A stretch of 51,827 nucleotides of DNA, taken from Longimicrobiaceae bacterium. GTDB lineage: Bacteria > Gemmatimonadota > Gemmatimonadetes > Longimicrobiales > Longimicrobiaceae. Under the pieces are notes generated by a model. That model did no database searches, was not told the DNA's origin, and was given only the letters and a program-made list of their open reading frames with translations. The stretch covers positions 1 through 51,827 of the forward strand of contig DASRQW010000273.1 of NCBI GenBank assembly GCA_035696245.1, written 5' to 3'. Position 1 is the first letter of the stretch, and each line of letters begins with the position of its first letter. This document shows positions 1 to 9,170 of the stretch, one piece after another. The translations under genes were made by a program, and so were the position numbers.

Positions 1-177
1 GACGGCTTCTACGTGCGCTATTACCCGGCGGCGTACTACTCCACGCACGTGCAGATCTGGGTGCCGCAGGGCAGCCCCGCCGTGGGCCGCGAGTTCGACC
101 CGTCCACGATGGTGGCGACCCCGGCCAACACCGCCAAGCAGCGCCTGGTGCAGTCCGCTCGGCCGCGGACGAGTTGA
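1..177 (+). CDS. 3' end of an unidentified CDS (partial, 58 codons)
   Basis: Frame 1 is open from the window edge to TGA at 175-177 (...PANTAKQRLVQSARPRTS*). Third codon positions are G/C-rich. Too short to assign a family. Confidence 0.45.
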   Translation, partial: DGFYVRYYPAAYYSTHVQIWVPQGSPAVGREFDPSTMVATPANTAKQRLVQSARPRTS

Positions 178-201
178 AGCCGAACAGGTCGAGGGGATGA
201 C

Positions 202-237
202 GAACGGCGCGCCTCGAGAGATCGGGGCGCGCCGTTC
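202..237 (+). terminator. GC-rich hairpin downstream of the partial CDS
   Basis: Perfect 12-bp inverted repeat GAACGGCGCGCC (202-213) / GGCGCGCCGTTC (226-237) with a 12-nt loop, 25 nt after the stop. Only a weak T run follows. Confidence 0.45.
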
Positions 238-1456
238 TTGCCCTCACCCGGCTCGTAAAACTCGCCTGCCCTGAAAAGAAAGTGATCTTCGCGAATTCGC
301 CGAAGTGGCGATGTAGCAACACTTTCATCCGCTAGGGTGAGCGAAGCTCGTGGACGACTCATCCGCAAGCGGGGGAAGGCACGGCTTCCACCTAGGCGGC
401 GGGTTCCAGGCTCTTCGGCGGGCCTCCTTGCCACCGCACTGCTGGCGACTCGCGCTGCGCGCTGCGGGGGCAGGGACGAGCGGCATTGCTTCGGTCTTCA
501 GGTGCCGACACACCTCCGGCACCGTGCGATCCGAGGTCAGAAGCGCCTCCCCTTCCCGGAGCACCCCACGATCTGTGTTGCGCTCTGCTGCGTCTTCTTC
601 ATCCGGAAGTCTCCTCACCTCAAAGGCTCTGGGTAGACTCCAATTCTACCTGGTCCAGTTTCCGGGGGGGGGGCAGGCCACTTCTGGAAGGAGCGTCCGT
701 GCGGTTGGCGCCGCGGAGGTTAGGCCGTCCCGACCTTTGACGCTCCCGTCATGTGCAGATCTACGTCGTCCACCCTCGTCTCGCCGGTTGCGCGACAAGC
801 CACCAGTATGCTGTTGCGCCGATAAATCCAGAAATCAGAATCGCGGCACCCCACAATCCTTTTCGCCTGCCGGTGTAGTGCCGCCCCCAATGGAACAGGG
901 CCAGCAACCAAGTGGGAAACACAGATATTGCCGTTGATGGCCATGAAGATATTAAAGCCAACCACAACACCGGAGTGTTCCCGGAGCGCATCGCGGAGTG
1001 TTCCATTCATTAGGAGGAGCATCCGACCCGATGCCCAAACAGGCCAGAACACTCGTAAACCGTCCGAAACGAATCATCGACAGCGCATCCCAGGGTTAAC
1101 ACTTGGTTTTGCGAATCCGGCAGATGTCACCGCGAATCCGGCTAGGGATCCTACGGAATCCGCCGAACAGCAGTTGCGTCGGCAGGAGCCGGATTGGTTA
1201 TCTGCCGTGGGCCAGCGGTGAAGATGTCCTTCACCTAAGCGACCGCAGCGGGCGTGTGGAGTTCGATAGCTGGGGTGATCAGGACCGCAGCAAGCTTGGC
1301 ACGTGAGATCCCAGTTCTGCGAGTTCCTTCACTGTGACTCCGCTCAACTGCATGCGGGGTTTCGCCCTTGGGGAGTGCACCATTTGTCGAGCATGTAGCC
1401 ATGCAGATCACATTTGACACCACCTTGCACCCCGAGTGGTCCTCGTACCCCGGCCT

Positions 1457-4400
1457 CTACTGATAGCTGCATCGGCGTTCAAATAGCTCACCGTAGGGAT
1501 CTGCGTGGTTTACTTCGATTCCGACTGTCGGCCCCACCTGTGCGTTCATATACACGCCTACGCCCCCGACTGTGATCTCTTCACCTACGCGTACACCAAC
1601 TTCTAGCTTAAATGTTAGAAGATCTGCAACGGAACATCCTGTCCAATGATCCGCTTCAGTACAGAGCCCATACGGATCAGAATAGCTGACGGGATCCCCG
1701 TCCGCGAACCCATACGCATTGAGTCCACCCGCGATGCCCATTGGATCGGGCTGGGTGAAGGTGCCGGAGACGGGGTTGTAGTAGCGGTTGCGCATGTACT
1801 TCAACCCGCTGCCGTCGACCTTCTCGTCGGTGAGGCTGCCGAACCAGATCTGCTTGTCCACCGTCTCGGTAGCGGCGTGGTACGGGTCCAGGCTGGAGCC
1901 GGGCCAGATCGTCTTGCCGCAGAGATAGGCCGTCTGCACGCAGGGCACCCGCATCCCGGTCGCCGTCGTGGCACCCTCGAAGCTTCCGTTCCAGGCGGCG
2001 TAGGGCACGACCGGGTAGGGGCCGTTCCAGGCGTCCAGTCCGAAGCTCGCACTCACGGCGGGCGTGTAGCCCATCCGTGTGATCTCGAGCGGCTGGTCGA
2101 TGCCCCCGCCGTGCGTGTATGCCACTCGGCCGTACTGCGCACCCTGCGCGTTGTCATCCTCCAGGTCGGAATCGGACACGTTGCCGCCCGGCGCGCGAAC
2201 CTCATAGAGGATCTGGTCGCCGTTCCACACGAAGCGGGTGATCGTGCTCGCGCAACTGGTACTCGTGCACGCCTTGTCTCGCCGGGTCCGAGCCAGCACT
2301 CTGCGTCCCAGCGCATCGTACCGGTACCACTCGAACGCGCCCGACGTGCCGTTGTTCAGCGCATACGAAGCTGTGCAGGCGAACCGGTTGGGACCGCTGC
2401 CGGACACCTCCTTCACATCACACGACTGCCGGTCGGTCATCCGCAGCTTCTCGTCGCCTCCGTAGAAGCTGCGCGTGTGGTCAATCATGCTCATCATGTT
2501 CTGCTGCGCGTGCACCTCCTCCTGGTTGCCCGCCGCATCGTACCGGAACGACTGCATGGTTCCGGCGCCGGAGCCGTAATAGCTGGTCGCTGGGTGTGAT
2601 CCCGTCATGCGGCCAGACGCCCCGTCGTATTCGTAGTCGGTCGGCGTGCTGTCGCCCACGTGCTGCTCTTGAAGACGGAGCCCCAGCGCGTTTACCACGT
2701 ACCGGGTCGGCCCCAGATCGGCCGGGCTCATCGGGTGGTAGGCGGTGCTGGTGGTCGTCCGCAGGCTTCCCAGCAGCGAGTAGGTGTTGCTCGTAGTGTT
2801 GTTGCCGTCGATGTCGAGCGCCTTCCCACGCTCGTCGTAGGTCCAGGAGACGCGGTCGATGTCGTGCGGGACGCTCCCAACGGTCCCATTCCAGTTCCAC
2901 GCGGCGTCATAGCGCTCCGCCAGCCGGCTGTCCGCGTCGTAGCGGAGCTTCTCGTATCGATTACCCGGATACGAGATGCTGTCGGTGCGCCCTTCCGCAT
3001 CGTAGAAGAACCCGTATTGGGTTCCGAGGACGCCCGTGACCTGGGACAGGGCGCCGCTGCCCGGCTCGTACGCGTACTGCTCCAGGTCGTAGAGCTGCGA
3101 GGTGGTGCCGTTACGTGGCGCGATGGTTGACGGGTGCCGCAGCGTTACGGGGCGGCCGTCCAAGTCGTACGTGTGGGCGATCGCATAGACGTGCTGGTCG
3201 AACTCGCCCGCCGCGCCGGTCACGGTCCAAGTGCGGATGTGCAGCGTATCCGTTTTCAGCTGGCCGTTCGGATAGTAGGTGCGCCGTACCTGCGCGTCCC
3301 GGTTGTCGGCCGCGACCATCGCGCCGGTCAGCGGATCGTAGCGGAACTCGGCCGTGTCACCCGGAATAGTCACGGGGCTCGCCATTATCGCCGGATTCGG
3401 GAATGTAGCGGTGTAGAACGCCTGATTCGTGCTCGCCTCCGAGAGCACGAACGACGTCGCGGCATACGTCTTCGCAGGAACGATGCGCCGGGTGGGGCGG
3501 TCCAGCGCGTCGTACGCGATACGCACGGTGGCCCGCGGGTCGGTCTGCGCGGTGTCATTGCCGGCGAGGTCGAATGCAGACGTGAGCGTCGTGCCATCCT
3601 CGCGCACCTCCTGCCATGCGCGGCCGGCGGGGTCGCGCGTCCAGGAGTTCGTGAGCTTACGGGTCGGAGCCGTGCTGCTCCAGCGCGAGATGGTGGTGGT
3701 CAGGCCACCGGGGTCGCGCACGGTACGCACGTGGAGGTTGCCTTCGGTCGCATCCCCGGAGGTGATTGTGAGCGTGTCCTGATCGGCTGCGTCATACCAG
3801 GCGTGCGCGAGCAGCCGATGTGTGGCGTCGTTGCCCGGGGCGTCGACCAAGGTGTCTCGCCCGAAGCCGTCTTCAAAGGTCTCCGTGTAGAACCCGAGGG
3901 GTGAGGTTACGCGTTTCACGTTGCCCAGCACCGCGTCGTACGTCACGGTCGTGGCAGGCTCACTGCGGTTGATGGCGGCCTGGCTCCGAACGCTCGTGAC
4001 GCGGCCTTCCCCGTCGTACGAGAAGTAGACACGGGTCGAGTCCCCTCGCCCGTCCTGCTGCCACGCCCGGTTACCCGCCGCATCGAATGCGCTGACGGTG
4101 CTGTCCCCCTCAGGATTGACCACGCGTGTGGGGAAGTCCAGCCAGTTAGAGTCGCCGTACTCGTAGCGGGTAGTTGCGTTGCGTCCGTCCCCGTACGGAT
4201 TAAGCCGCGTGACGCTGCGCACGTTTCCGCGCTCATCGTGCTCCGATACCTGGGTGTAGCCGTTCGACCCCACGACCCTGGTCACCAACCCCGGAAACCG
4301 CGGATCGCCGCGCACCACCACCGCCGTCGCGTCCCCACGGGCGTTGACGATCTTGCGCGGCCCGCCCCAGCGGTCCAGCCAGAAGCGGTTGTAGATGGTG

Positions 4401-5020
4401 CTGTCCACGCGCGGCCCGCCCATCAGCGTGTACGTGTCGGTGGTCCACGCGGGCGCGCCCGGCGGCTGGTTCGCAGCGGGAGCCAGCCCACGCGTCTCCT
4501 GCGCCTGGAAGCCCAGCACGATGTCCGAGCCCTGCCCCTGCATCTCCAGGCGCGAGTTCGCCAGCTTCCCGCCCGCGTCGTACCCGTAGCGCGAGACGGT
4601 ACCCCGCGCGTCCGTCTGCGTTGCCACACGGCGCGGGGCGGTGACGACGGTATCGAACGTCATCACCTCCGTCGTCGCGTCCGGGTCGGTGAACTGCGTC
4701 AGCCGGCCCGTGCCGTCCACGCTCATCGTGACGCTGCGCTGGGCCGTGCCTGCCGTCAGCGTCGCCACGCTCAGCTTGCCTGCGTTCGCGTACGTGAAGC
4801 CGTACTGATAGTTGCTGACGCCGTAGAGGTGGATCGTGTTCAGCCGCCGCGTGGTGGTGTCCACGTCGAAGACCGTGCGGTGGCCGAAGCGGTCCTCGCT
4901 CGCCCGCTGTGCTCCCCCGGCGTCGTACCACAGCTTCGCCTTCCCCGGCAGCCTCCCGTACGTAGATGCCGTAGGCCTGCGTGGGCGCGTACTGCCGGAT
5001 CGTGTCGCCGCGCGAGACAA
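1457..5020 (-). CDS. RHS/YD-repeat polymorphic toxin, main body plus C-terminal tip
   Basis: 1187-aa ORF packed with YD repeats (FRYDAAGN, RYDALGR, RYDADSRL, YGYDAGGK). The core ends with the RHS-terminating motif GDPVSYSDPYGL, followed by a 68-aa non-repeat tip. The first ~20 codons of this ORF read as junk; the real entry is by a frame change from the upstream ORF (see 4233..6101). Confidence 0.85.
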   Translation of the reverse strand: MSRAATRSGSTRPRRPTASTYGRLPGKAKLWYDAGGAQRASEDRFGHRTVFDVDTTTRRLNTIHLYGVSNYQYGFTYANAGKLSVATLTAGTAQRSVTMSVDGTGRLTQFTDPDATTEVMTFDTVVTAPRRVATQTDARGTVSRYGYDAGGKLANSRLEMQGQGSDIVLGFQAQETRGLAPAANQPPGAPAWTTDTYTLMGGPRVDSTIYNRFWLDRWGGPRKIVNARGDATAVVVRGDPRFPGLVTRVVGSNGYTQVSEHDERGNVRSVTRLNPYGDGRNATTRYEYGDSNWLDFPTRVVNPEGDSTVSAFDAAGNRAWQQDGRGDSTRVYFSYDGEGRVTSVRSQAAINRSEPATTVTYDAVLGNVKRVTSPLGFYTETFEDGFGRDTLVDAPGNDATHRLLAHAWYDAADQDTLTITSGDATEGNLHVRTVRDPGGLTTTISRWSSTAPTRKLTNSWTRDPAGRAWQEVREDGTTLTSAFDLAGNDTAQTDPRATVRIAYDALDRPTRRIVPAKTYAATSFVLSEASTNQAFYTATFPNPAIMASPVTIPGDTAEFRYDPLTGAMVAADNRDAQVRRTYYPNGQLKTDTLHIRTWTVTGAAGEFDQHVYAIAHTYDLDGRPVTLRHPSTIAPRNGTTSQLYDLEQYAYEPGSGALSQVTGVLGTQYGFFYDAEGRTDSISYPGNRYEKLRYDADSRLAERYDAAWNWNGTVGSVPHDIDRVSWTYDERGKALDIDGNNTTSNTYSLLGSLRTTTSTAYHPMSPADLGPTRYVVNALGLRLQEQHVGDSTPTDYEYDGASGRMTGSHPATSYYGSGAGTMQSFRYDAAGNQEEVHAQQNMMSMIDHTRSFYGGDEKLRMTDRQSCDVKEVSGSGPNRFACTASYALNNGTSGAFEWYRYDALGRRVLARTRRDKACTSTSCASTITRFVWNGDQILYEVRAPGGNVSDSDLEDDNAQGAQYGRVAYTHGGGIDQPLEITRMGYTPAVSASFGLDAWNGPYPVVPYAAWNGSFEGATTATGMRVPCVQTAYLCGKTIWPGSSLDPYHAATETVDKQIWFGSLTDEKVDGSGLKYMRNRYYNPVSGTFTQPDPMGIAGGLNAYGFADGDPVSYSDPYGLCTEADHWTGCSVADLLTFKLEVGVRVGEEITVGGVGVYMNAQVGPTVGIEVNHADPYGELFERRCSYQ

Positions 5021-6101
5021 CGTCGCCGTACCACACGTATGAGGCGGAGCTCGCCGGGTTGTAGACCTGCGTGCTGCCGTCGCCGCCCACCCACAGCAGG
5101 CGGTTGTTCGAGACGGGGATCACTTGCTCGAAGCCCGCCAGCCACCAGCCGGCCCCGAAGGGCGAGGCCGAGCGGTTGACCACCGCCATCTCGCCCGATG
5201 CCGTGTAGCTCGCTACCACCGTGCTGCCCGAGTACGCGGTGACCTGCAGCGTGTACGGGTAGAGGCCGGTGGGCTGCGTAATGTCCCAGTCCCAGCCGAT
5301 GGTGATGCGCCGCGACACGTTCGCACCCCAGCCGGTCCAGCTCCCGGTGTGGGACTGTGACTGCCCGGCGACCGCCACCGTGGCATCCACCCGGTCGGCT
5401 GCGGCGGGCAGCGTCACGTAGGCGCCCACCAGCGGGTGCGGCTGCGCGTGCTGGCTGTTGTACAGAAGCACGGGAGTGCGTGCCTTGCTGCGGATGCGCA
5501 CCGACGGCAGCGCGTGCGCCAGGCGCAGATCCCCGCACTCGTACGCACCGCCCGAGACGGCGATCGTCAGGCACATGCCGCGCATCTGCGTCGCCGATGC
5601 CTGCGCGGGCTCCAGCGACAGGCCCGGCTTCGTGCAGTCCCACACCTGCATGGGGCTGCCCGGCACGCCGCGGTCGCCGAAGCGCGCCGTGTACTCGCTG
5701 CTCGCGGTCAGCGCGTTCATCACCCCTGACCAGTCGCTGCCCACAGGTGCCGAGCTCCACTCCGTGCCTACCGGCTCGCGCGCCATGAGGTGCAGGTAGA
5801 GCTGCTTCGTCACGTCCGCGTTCGTGCGCCCGTTGATGAAGCGCGTCTGGTACTCCACGGAGTAGACGGCCTGCTGGACGATGTAGCGCATGCTCCGCCC
5901 GCTGTCGGCCGGGGCATGCCAGAACGCCACCTCGCCCGGTGTCGCCTCGCGCTCCAGCACCTGGCGGTACACGCCCTGAACGGCCTCCGCGCGGGTTGGG
6001 CTGCACTGGGCGGCAGCGGTGGTGACGTGGGCCAGGAGGAGGGCGACGACGGAAATGACGAGCTTCCACGGGAAGTGGGGCCGCGGGACGGAACGAGGCA
6101 T
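4233..6101 (-). CDS. N-terminal segment of the same RHS protein; only about 4965..6101 looks genuinely coding
   Basis: ATG at 6101 gives MPRSVPRPHFPWKLVISVVALLLAHVTTAAAQ, a signal peptide. Two DUF4214/PBS-linker-like repeats follow (VYRQVLEREATPGEVAFW...; LYLHLMAREPVG...SSEYTARF), then beta-rich sequence up to ...TQAYGIYV. Downstream of ~4965 this frame becomes Arg/Gly/His junk, while the 1457..5020 frame becomes RHS-like (GRLPGKAKLWYDAGG...). Confidence 0.7.
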   Translation of the reverse strand: MPRSVPRPHFPWKLVISVVALLLAHVTTAAAQCSPTRAEAVQGVYRQVLEREATPGEVAFWHAPADSGRSMRYIVQQAVYSVEYQTRFINGRTNADVTKQLYLHLMAREPVGTEWSSAPVGSDWSGVMNALTASSEYTARFGDRGVPGSPMQVWDCTKPGLSLEPAQASATQMRGMCLTIAVSGGAYECGDLRLAHALPSVRIRSKARTPVLLYNSQHAQPHPLVGAYVTLPAAADRVDATVAVAGQSQSHTGSWTGWGANVSRRITIGWDWDITQPTGLYPYTLQVTAYSGSTVVASYTASGEMAVVNRSASPFGAGWWLAGFEQVIPVSNNRLLWVGGDGSTQVYNPASSASYVWYGDVVSRGDTIRQYAPTQAYGIYVREAAGEGEAVVRRRGSTAGERGPLRPPHGLRRGHHHAAAEHDPPLRRQQLSVRLHVRERRQAERGDADGRHGPAQRHDERGRHGPADAVHRPGRDDGGDDVRYRRHRPAPCGNADGRAGYRLALRVRRGREAGELAPGDAGAGLGHRAGLPGAGDAWAGSRCEPAAGRARVDHRHVHADGRAARGQHHLQPLLAGPLGRAAQDRQRPWGRDGGGGARRSAVSGVGDQGRGVERLHPGIGAR

Positions 6102-6297
6102 GAACGAAGGACTTTCGACTGGAAAGGTTGAGGGACAGCAACTACGCACGGGAGAGATCGGACCCGGTGACGAAGCGGCGGAACTGAATGGGGTTCAGGC
6201 GGAGCTTGAGGTGGGAAACGTATGGAGTGGAGCAGGCGACCGCAACCGCCACCCGACGTCGCGTCGCAGACATATCATATCATACCAGATACATGAT

Positions 6298-7005
6298 TTA
6301 ACTATGCATTCCTAAGAGACGGGGGTAACCGTAGTTTGTGAGTGAGGCGAGCGTCTGGGCGGAATAGTCCTGAAGGATTTTACCGGTGGCGCTGGCGAGC
6401 GCATCAAGGCTGGCCGAGAGCTTGTCTCCGAGACGGCGGCGGAGATCGAGCCAGACGCGCTCAGCAGGGTTGAGTTCGGGCGAGTAGGGTGGTAGCCGCG
6501 CGAGGAGGATGTTATCCGGGATGAGGAGCGCCGTTGCTACGTGTGCGGGCGCTCCGTCGAGAACCAGAATGTTCAGGGTATCCGGAAAGGCGAGCGAGAA
6601 CTCGTTGAGAAAAGCTTGAAAGCAGATGGTGTCGAGGGCGGGCAACTCCAGGAAGAAGGAATCACCCGAAGCCGGCTCGACCGCACCGTAGAACCAGAGG
6701 TACTCGTAGCGCGGAAGCATGAGCTGGATCGGCTTGACGCCTGGGGCCGTGATGCGGCGGCCCGTCCCCGACTCATGAAGCCCGATGCGTGTCTCGTCCT
6801 CGAAGAAGCAGCGCACCGGCAGGGGTGAGAAGGCAACTGCCAGATCGACGAGCCGCTTCAGCCACCCGAGGAAGGCGGCGGCGGCGATGGCGTTTTTTTT
6901 ACATGCTGCGGTCTGGCCCTCTTCAGCTTGCTCCCCAGCCGGAAACGTACCAGGCCGTAGACCGTCGTATAGGGGATCTCGAGGCCGAACTCCTGTTCGA
7001 GCCAT
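6298..7005 (-). CDS. IS630 transposase OrfB (DDE_3 catalytic part), reached by -1 frameshift
   Basis: ...FFEDETRIGLH...YLWFYGAVEP...ILVLDGAPAHV...LPPYSPELNPAERVWLDLRR... shows the DDE triad context of IS630. The frame is -1 relative to OrfA and overlaps it at the A8 run. Confidence 0.8.
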   Translation of the reverse strand: MARTGVRPRDPLYDGLRPGTFPAGEQAEEGQTAACKKNAIAAAAFLGWLKRLVDLAVAFSPLPVRCFFEDETRIGLHESGTGRRITAPGVKPIQLMLPRYEYLWFYGAVEPASGDSFFLELPALDTICFQAFLNEFSLAFPDTLNILVLDGAPAHVATALLIPDNILLARLPPYSPELNPAERVWLDLRRRLGDKLSASLDALASATGKILQDYSAQTLASLTNYGYPRLLGMHS

Positions 7006-7346
7006 TGCCGGACCTGCTTGTAGCTACAGAAGCCCTCGCCCTGAAGCTGCTCCTCGAGGGCTTTCAGCACCGCCGGCGCGAGTACCTTCTGCCCTGGCTT
7101 GGCACCCGGCGCCCTGATGTCCAGCAGGGCATCCAACCCGCCGGTTTCGTAGGCTGAGAGCCACTCCCCGACCGTGTTGCGATGAACACCGAGGTGCTTG
7201 GCCGCGGCACCCCGGCTCCGGACCTGGCCCGAGCAGATGAGGACGAGCAGGTGAACCCGCCTCTTCCGCTTCGCATCCTTCGTCTTCGCCAGCCGCTCCT
7301 CGAGGGTCTCCAGCGGCTCATGGATCTCCGGCATGACTCGGCGCAT
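6858..7346 (-). CDS. IS630 transposase OrfA (HTH / DNA-binding part)
   Basis: MRRVMPEIHEPLETLEERLAKTKDAKRKRRVHLLVLICSGQVRSRGAAAKHLGVHRNTVGEWLSAYETGGLDALLD... is a typical IS630 N-terminal helix-turn-helix region. Past the A8 run the frame reads low-complexity PSPPPPSS. Confidence 0.85.
   Translation of the reverse strand: MRRVMPEIHEPLETLEERLAKTKDAKRKRRVHLLVLICSGQVRSRGAAAKHLGVHRNTVGEWLSAYETGGLDALLDIRAPGAKPGQKVLAPAVLKALEEQLQGEGFCSYKQVRQWLEQEFGLEIPYTTVYGLVRFRLGSKLKRARPQHVKKTPSPPPPSSGG
6893..6900 (-). other. A8 slippery run (programmed -1 frameshift or transcriptional slippage site) joining OrfA and OrfB
   Basis: The minus strand reads CAT GTA AAA AAA ACG in OrfA and TGT AAA AAA AAC GCC in OrfB. 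Confidence 0.6.
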
Positions 7347-7518
7347 GGGCTCCTCCCATTGAGGTTAACCCAAGTTACTCGTCAATGCACGAACAAAACA
7401 AGAATCTGGTATCAGAAGAAACAGCTTGCTCGGACGGCTGGACTCGTCCCGACGAAAACATGCTCCCGCCGGGATCCTTCATACCGGGGGGAGCATGGCG
7501 GGTGCGCCCCGCGTTCGC

Positions 7519-9123
7519 TCAGCGCGGAGCCGGCATCGGCTGGACGGGGACGGAGCGGCCGGTGATGGGATCGTACTTCTCCAGCACCTTGCCCACGTCG
7601 CGCGAGCCTTCCTGCACGGCGCGGGCGGCCTCGTCCACGTCGTCGTCGGTGCGCAGGACGTGGGGGGTAAGCAGCAGGAACAGCTCGGTGTTCGCGGTGG
7701 TGTTGCGGGTGGAGCGGAAGAGCCCGCCGAGCAACGGGATGTCCTTCAGCCCGGGGATGCCGGAGCGGGTGGTGGTGTGCTCCTGGCCCATCAGGCCGCC
7801 GATGACCGTCGTGTGCCGGTCCTGTACCAGCAGCACGGTCTCCGCCTCGCGCGTGCTGATGATGGGCGCACCGAACTGGCTCTCGGCAGTCGCCGTGCTC
7901 ACCTCCTGGAGCAGCGTGAGGGTGACGAAGCCGTCCTGGTTGATGGTGGGGCGGATGGTGAGCTGCGTGCCCACGTCGCGGTACTGCACCACCTCGTCGC
8001 GCGCGCCCCCGTCGGTGGGCAGCGAGCGCGAGATCTGCACGAATGGGCGCTGGTCGCCCACCAGGATGCGCGCCTGCTGGTTGTTCTGGGCGATGATGAT
8101 GGGGCGGGAAACGATGGTGGCCTGGCCGGACGAGGCGAGCGCGTGGATGATCACCGTCGCGTCCACGCCGCCCACGTTCATCAGGTTGACGAGGATGTTC
8201 CCCGGCGTGTTGTCGGTGATGTGCCCGCCGATGGTGGTGCCGGTGCGCGGCTCCCGCTGGTTCGGGACGTTCACGTCCAACCCGAGCGACAGGTTCTTGT
8301 CGCGTCGGACCTCCACGATCAAAACCTCGATCATCACCTGCAGCGGCCGCTCGTCGAGCAGCTGCACCGCCTGGGCGATGGTCTGGTAGTCCGATGTGCT
8401 GCTGCGGATGAGCAGCGAGTTGGTGAGCGCGTCGGGCACGATCTGGACGTTGCCGCGCACCTGGCCGGAGAGCACCGTCACGTTCGGCTGCGGCGCGGAC
8501 GCGGCCGAGGCGATGGTGGGGTTCGCGGGGTCGGTCACCGGCGGCACGCGCTGGGACCGCAGCTCGCGAGAGAGGGACGAGGCCGCGTCGCCGAACACGC
8601 CGCTGCTGGGCTGGCGCTGCCCCAACCCGAACAGCTCGCGGAGCGTGCCGGCGACCGCGTCGGCCTGGGCGTGGCGCAGACGGAGGACGAAGAGCTGTGC
8701 ATCTCCCGACTGCGCAGCAGCGCCGCCGCTGAACGTGGGCTGCGGCGTCATCGGCTGCGGAGCTGGCGGCGGGATCGCCTCGATGCGGGTGAGCGAGCCG
8801 TCCTGCACCATGCGGAGGCCGTTCGAGCGCACCACGTTGTCCAGGAATCCGCGTACCTCGGCCCGCGACCGCGGCGTACTGCTGCGGATGGTGACCGGGG
8901 TGGACGGCAGGCTGCCGTACGTCACGTTGACGCCCGCCAGCTCGGCCAGCGCGGTGACGACCACACGCAGGTCGGTGTCGCGGAAGTCGACGGTGTAGCC
9001 GGCGGCGGTGGTGCGCACGCCGGGCGACGGCTGCTGCTGCGCGCCCAGCCGCGGGGCGGCGCCGAGCGTGAAGGCGAGCAGGGCGACGGCGACGGGCGCG
9101 CGCGTGACGTGGAGCTTCCGCAT
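7519..9123 (-). CDS. gspD: Type II secretion system secretin GspD
   Basis: MRKLHVTRAPVAVALLAFTLGAAPRLGAQ is a signal peptide. N-domain repeats follow, then the secretin core (...VMIEVLIVEVRRDKNLSLGLD..., ...IPGLKDIPLLGGLFRSTRNTTANTELFLLLTPHVL). The start was chosen at the first ATG preceding the signal peptide; upstream ORF sequence is Arg-rich junk. Confidence 0.9.
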   Translation of the reverse strand: MRKLHVTRAPVAVALLAFTLGAAPRLGAQQQPSPGVRTTAAGYTVDFRDTDLRVVVTALAELAGVNVTYGSLPSTPVTIRSSTPRSRAEVRGFLDNVVRSNGLRMVQDGSLTRIEAIPPPAPQPMTPQPTFSGGAAAQSGDAQLFVLRLRHAQADAVAGTLRELFGLGQRQPSSGVFGDAASSLSRELRSQRVPPVTDPANPTIASAASAPQPNVTVLSGQVRGNVQIVPDALTNSLLIRSSTSDYQTIAQAVQLLDERPLQVMIEVLIVEVRRDKNLSLGLDVNVPNQREPRTGTTIGGHITDNTPGNILVNLMNVGGVDATVIIHALASSGQATIVSRPIIIAQNNQQARILVGDQRPFVQISRSLPTDGGARDEVVQYRDVGTQLTIRPTINQDGFVTLTLLQEVSTATAESQFGAPIISTREAETVLLVQDRHTTVIGGLMGQEHTTTRSGIPGLKDIPLLGGLFRSTRNTTANTELFLLLTPHVLRTDDDVDEAARAVQEGSRDVGKVLEKYDPITGRSVPVQPMPAPR

Positions 9124-9170
9124 CGGGTACCTTCGGGTATGTGCGTCGCGCGACGGGCGCGAGGGATGTA

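Larger units (their letters stand above)
6282..7412 (-). mobile_element. IS630-family insertion sequence (copy 1)
   Basis: Two-ORF transposase. Imperfect terminal inverted repeats: CCAGATACATGATTT at 6285 versus the reverse complement of AAAACAAGAATCTGG ending at 7409. Both ends are flanked by TA (6283-84 and 7410-11), the IS630/Tc1 target. The ~1.13 kb size fits the family. Confidence 0.8.

Noticed and set aside
325-618. Minus-strand ORF whose N-terminus (…EGEALLTSDRTVPEVCRHLKT…) vaguely recalls an IS3-type OrfA helix-turn-helix
   Set aside because: The similarity is limited to about 20 residues, the rest of the ORF is low-complexity, and no partner OrfB or inverted repeats are present. The evidence is insufficient.
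1005-1099. AGGAGG followed by a 22-codon plus-strand ORF (MPKQARTLVNRPKRIIDSASQG) in the low-GC islet
   Set aside because: The SD-to-ATG spacing is about 13 nt, which is too long. The peptide is tiny and featureless, and it overlaps the candidate minus-strand immunity ORFs.
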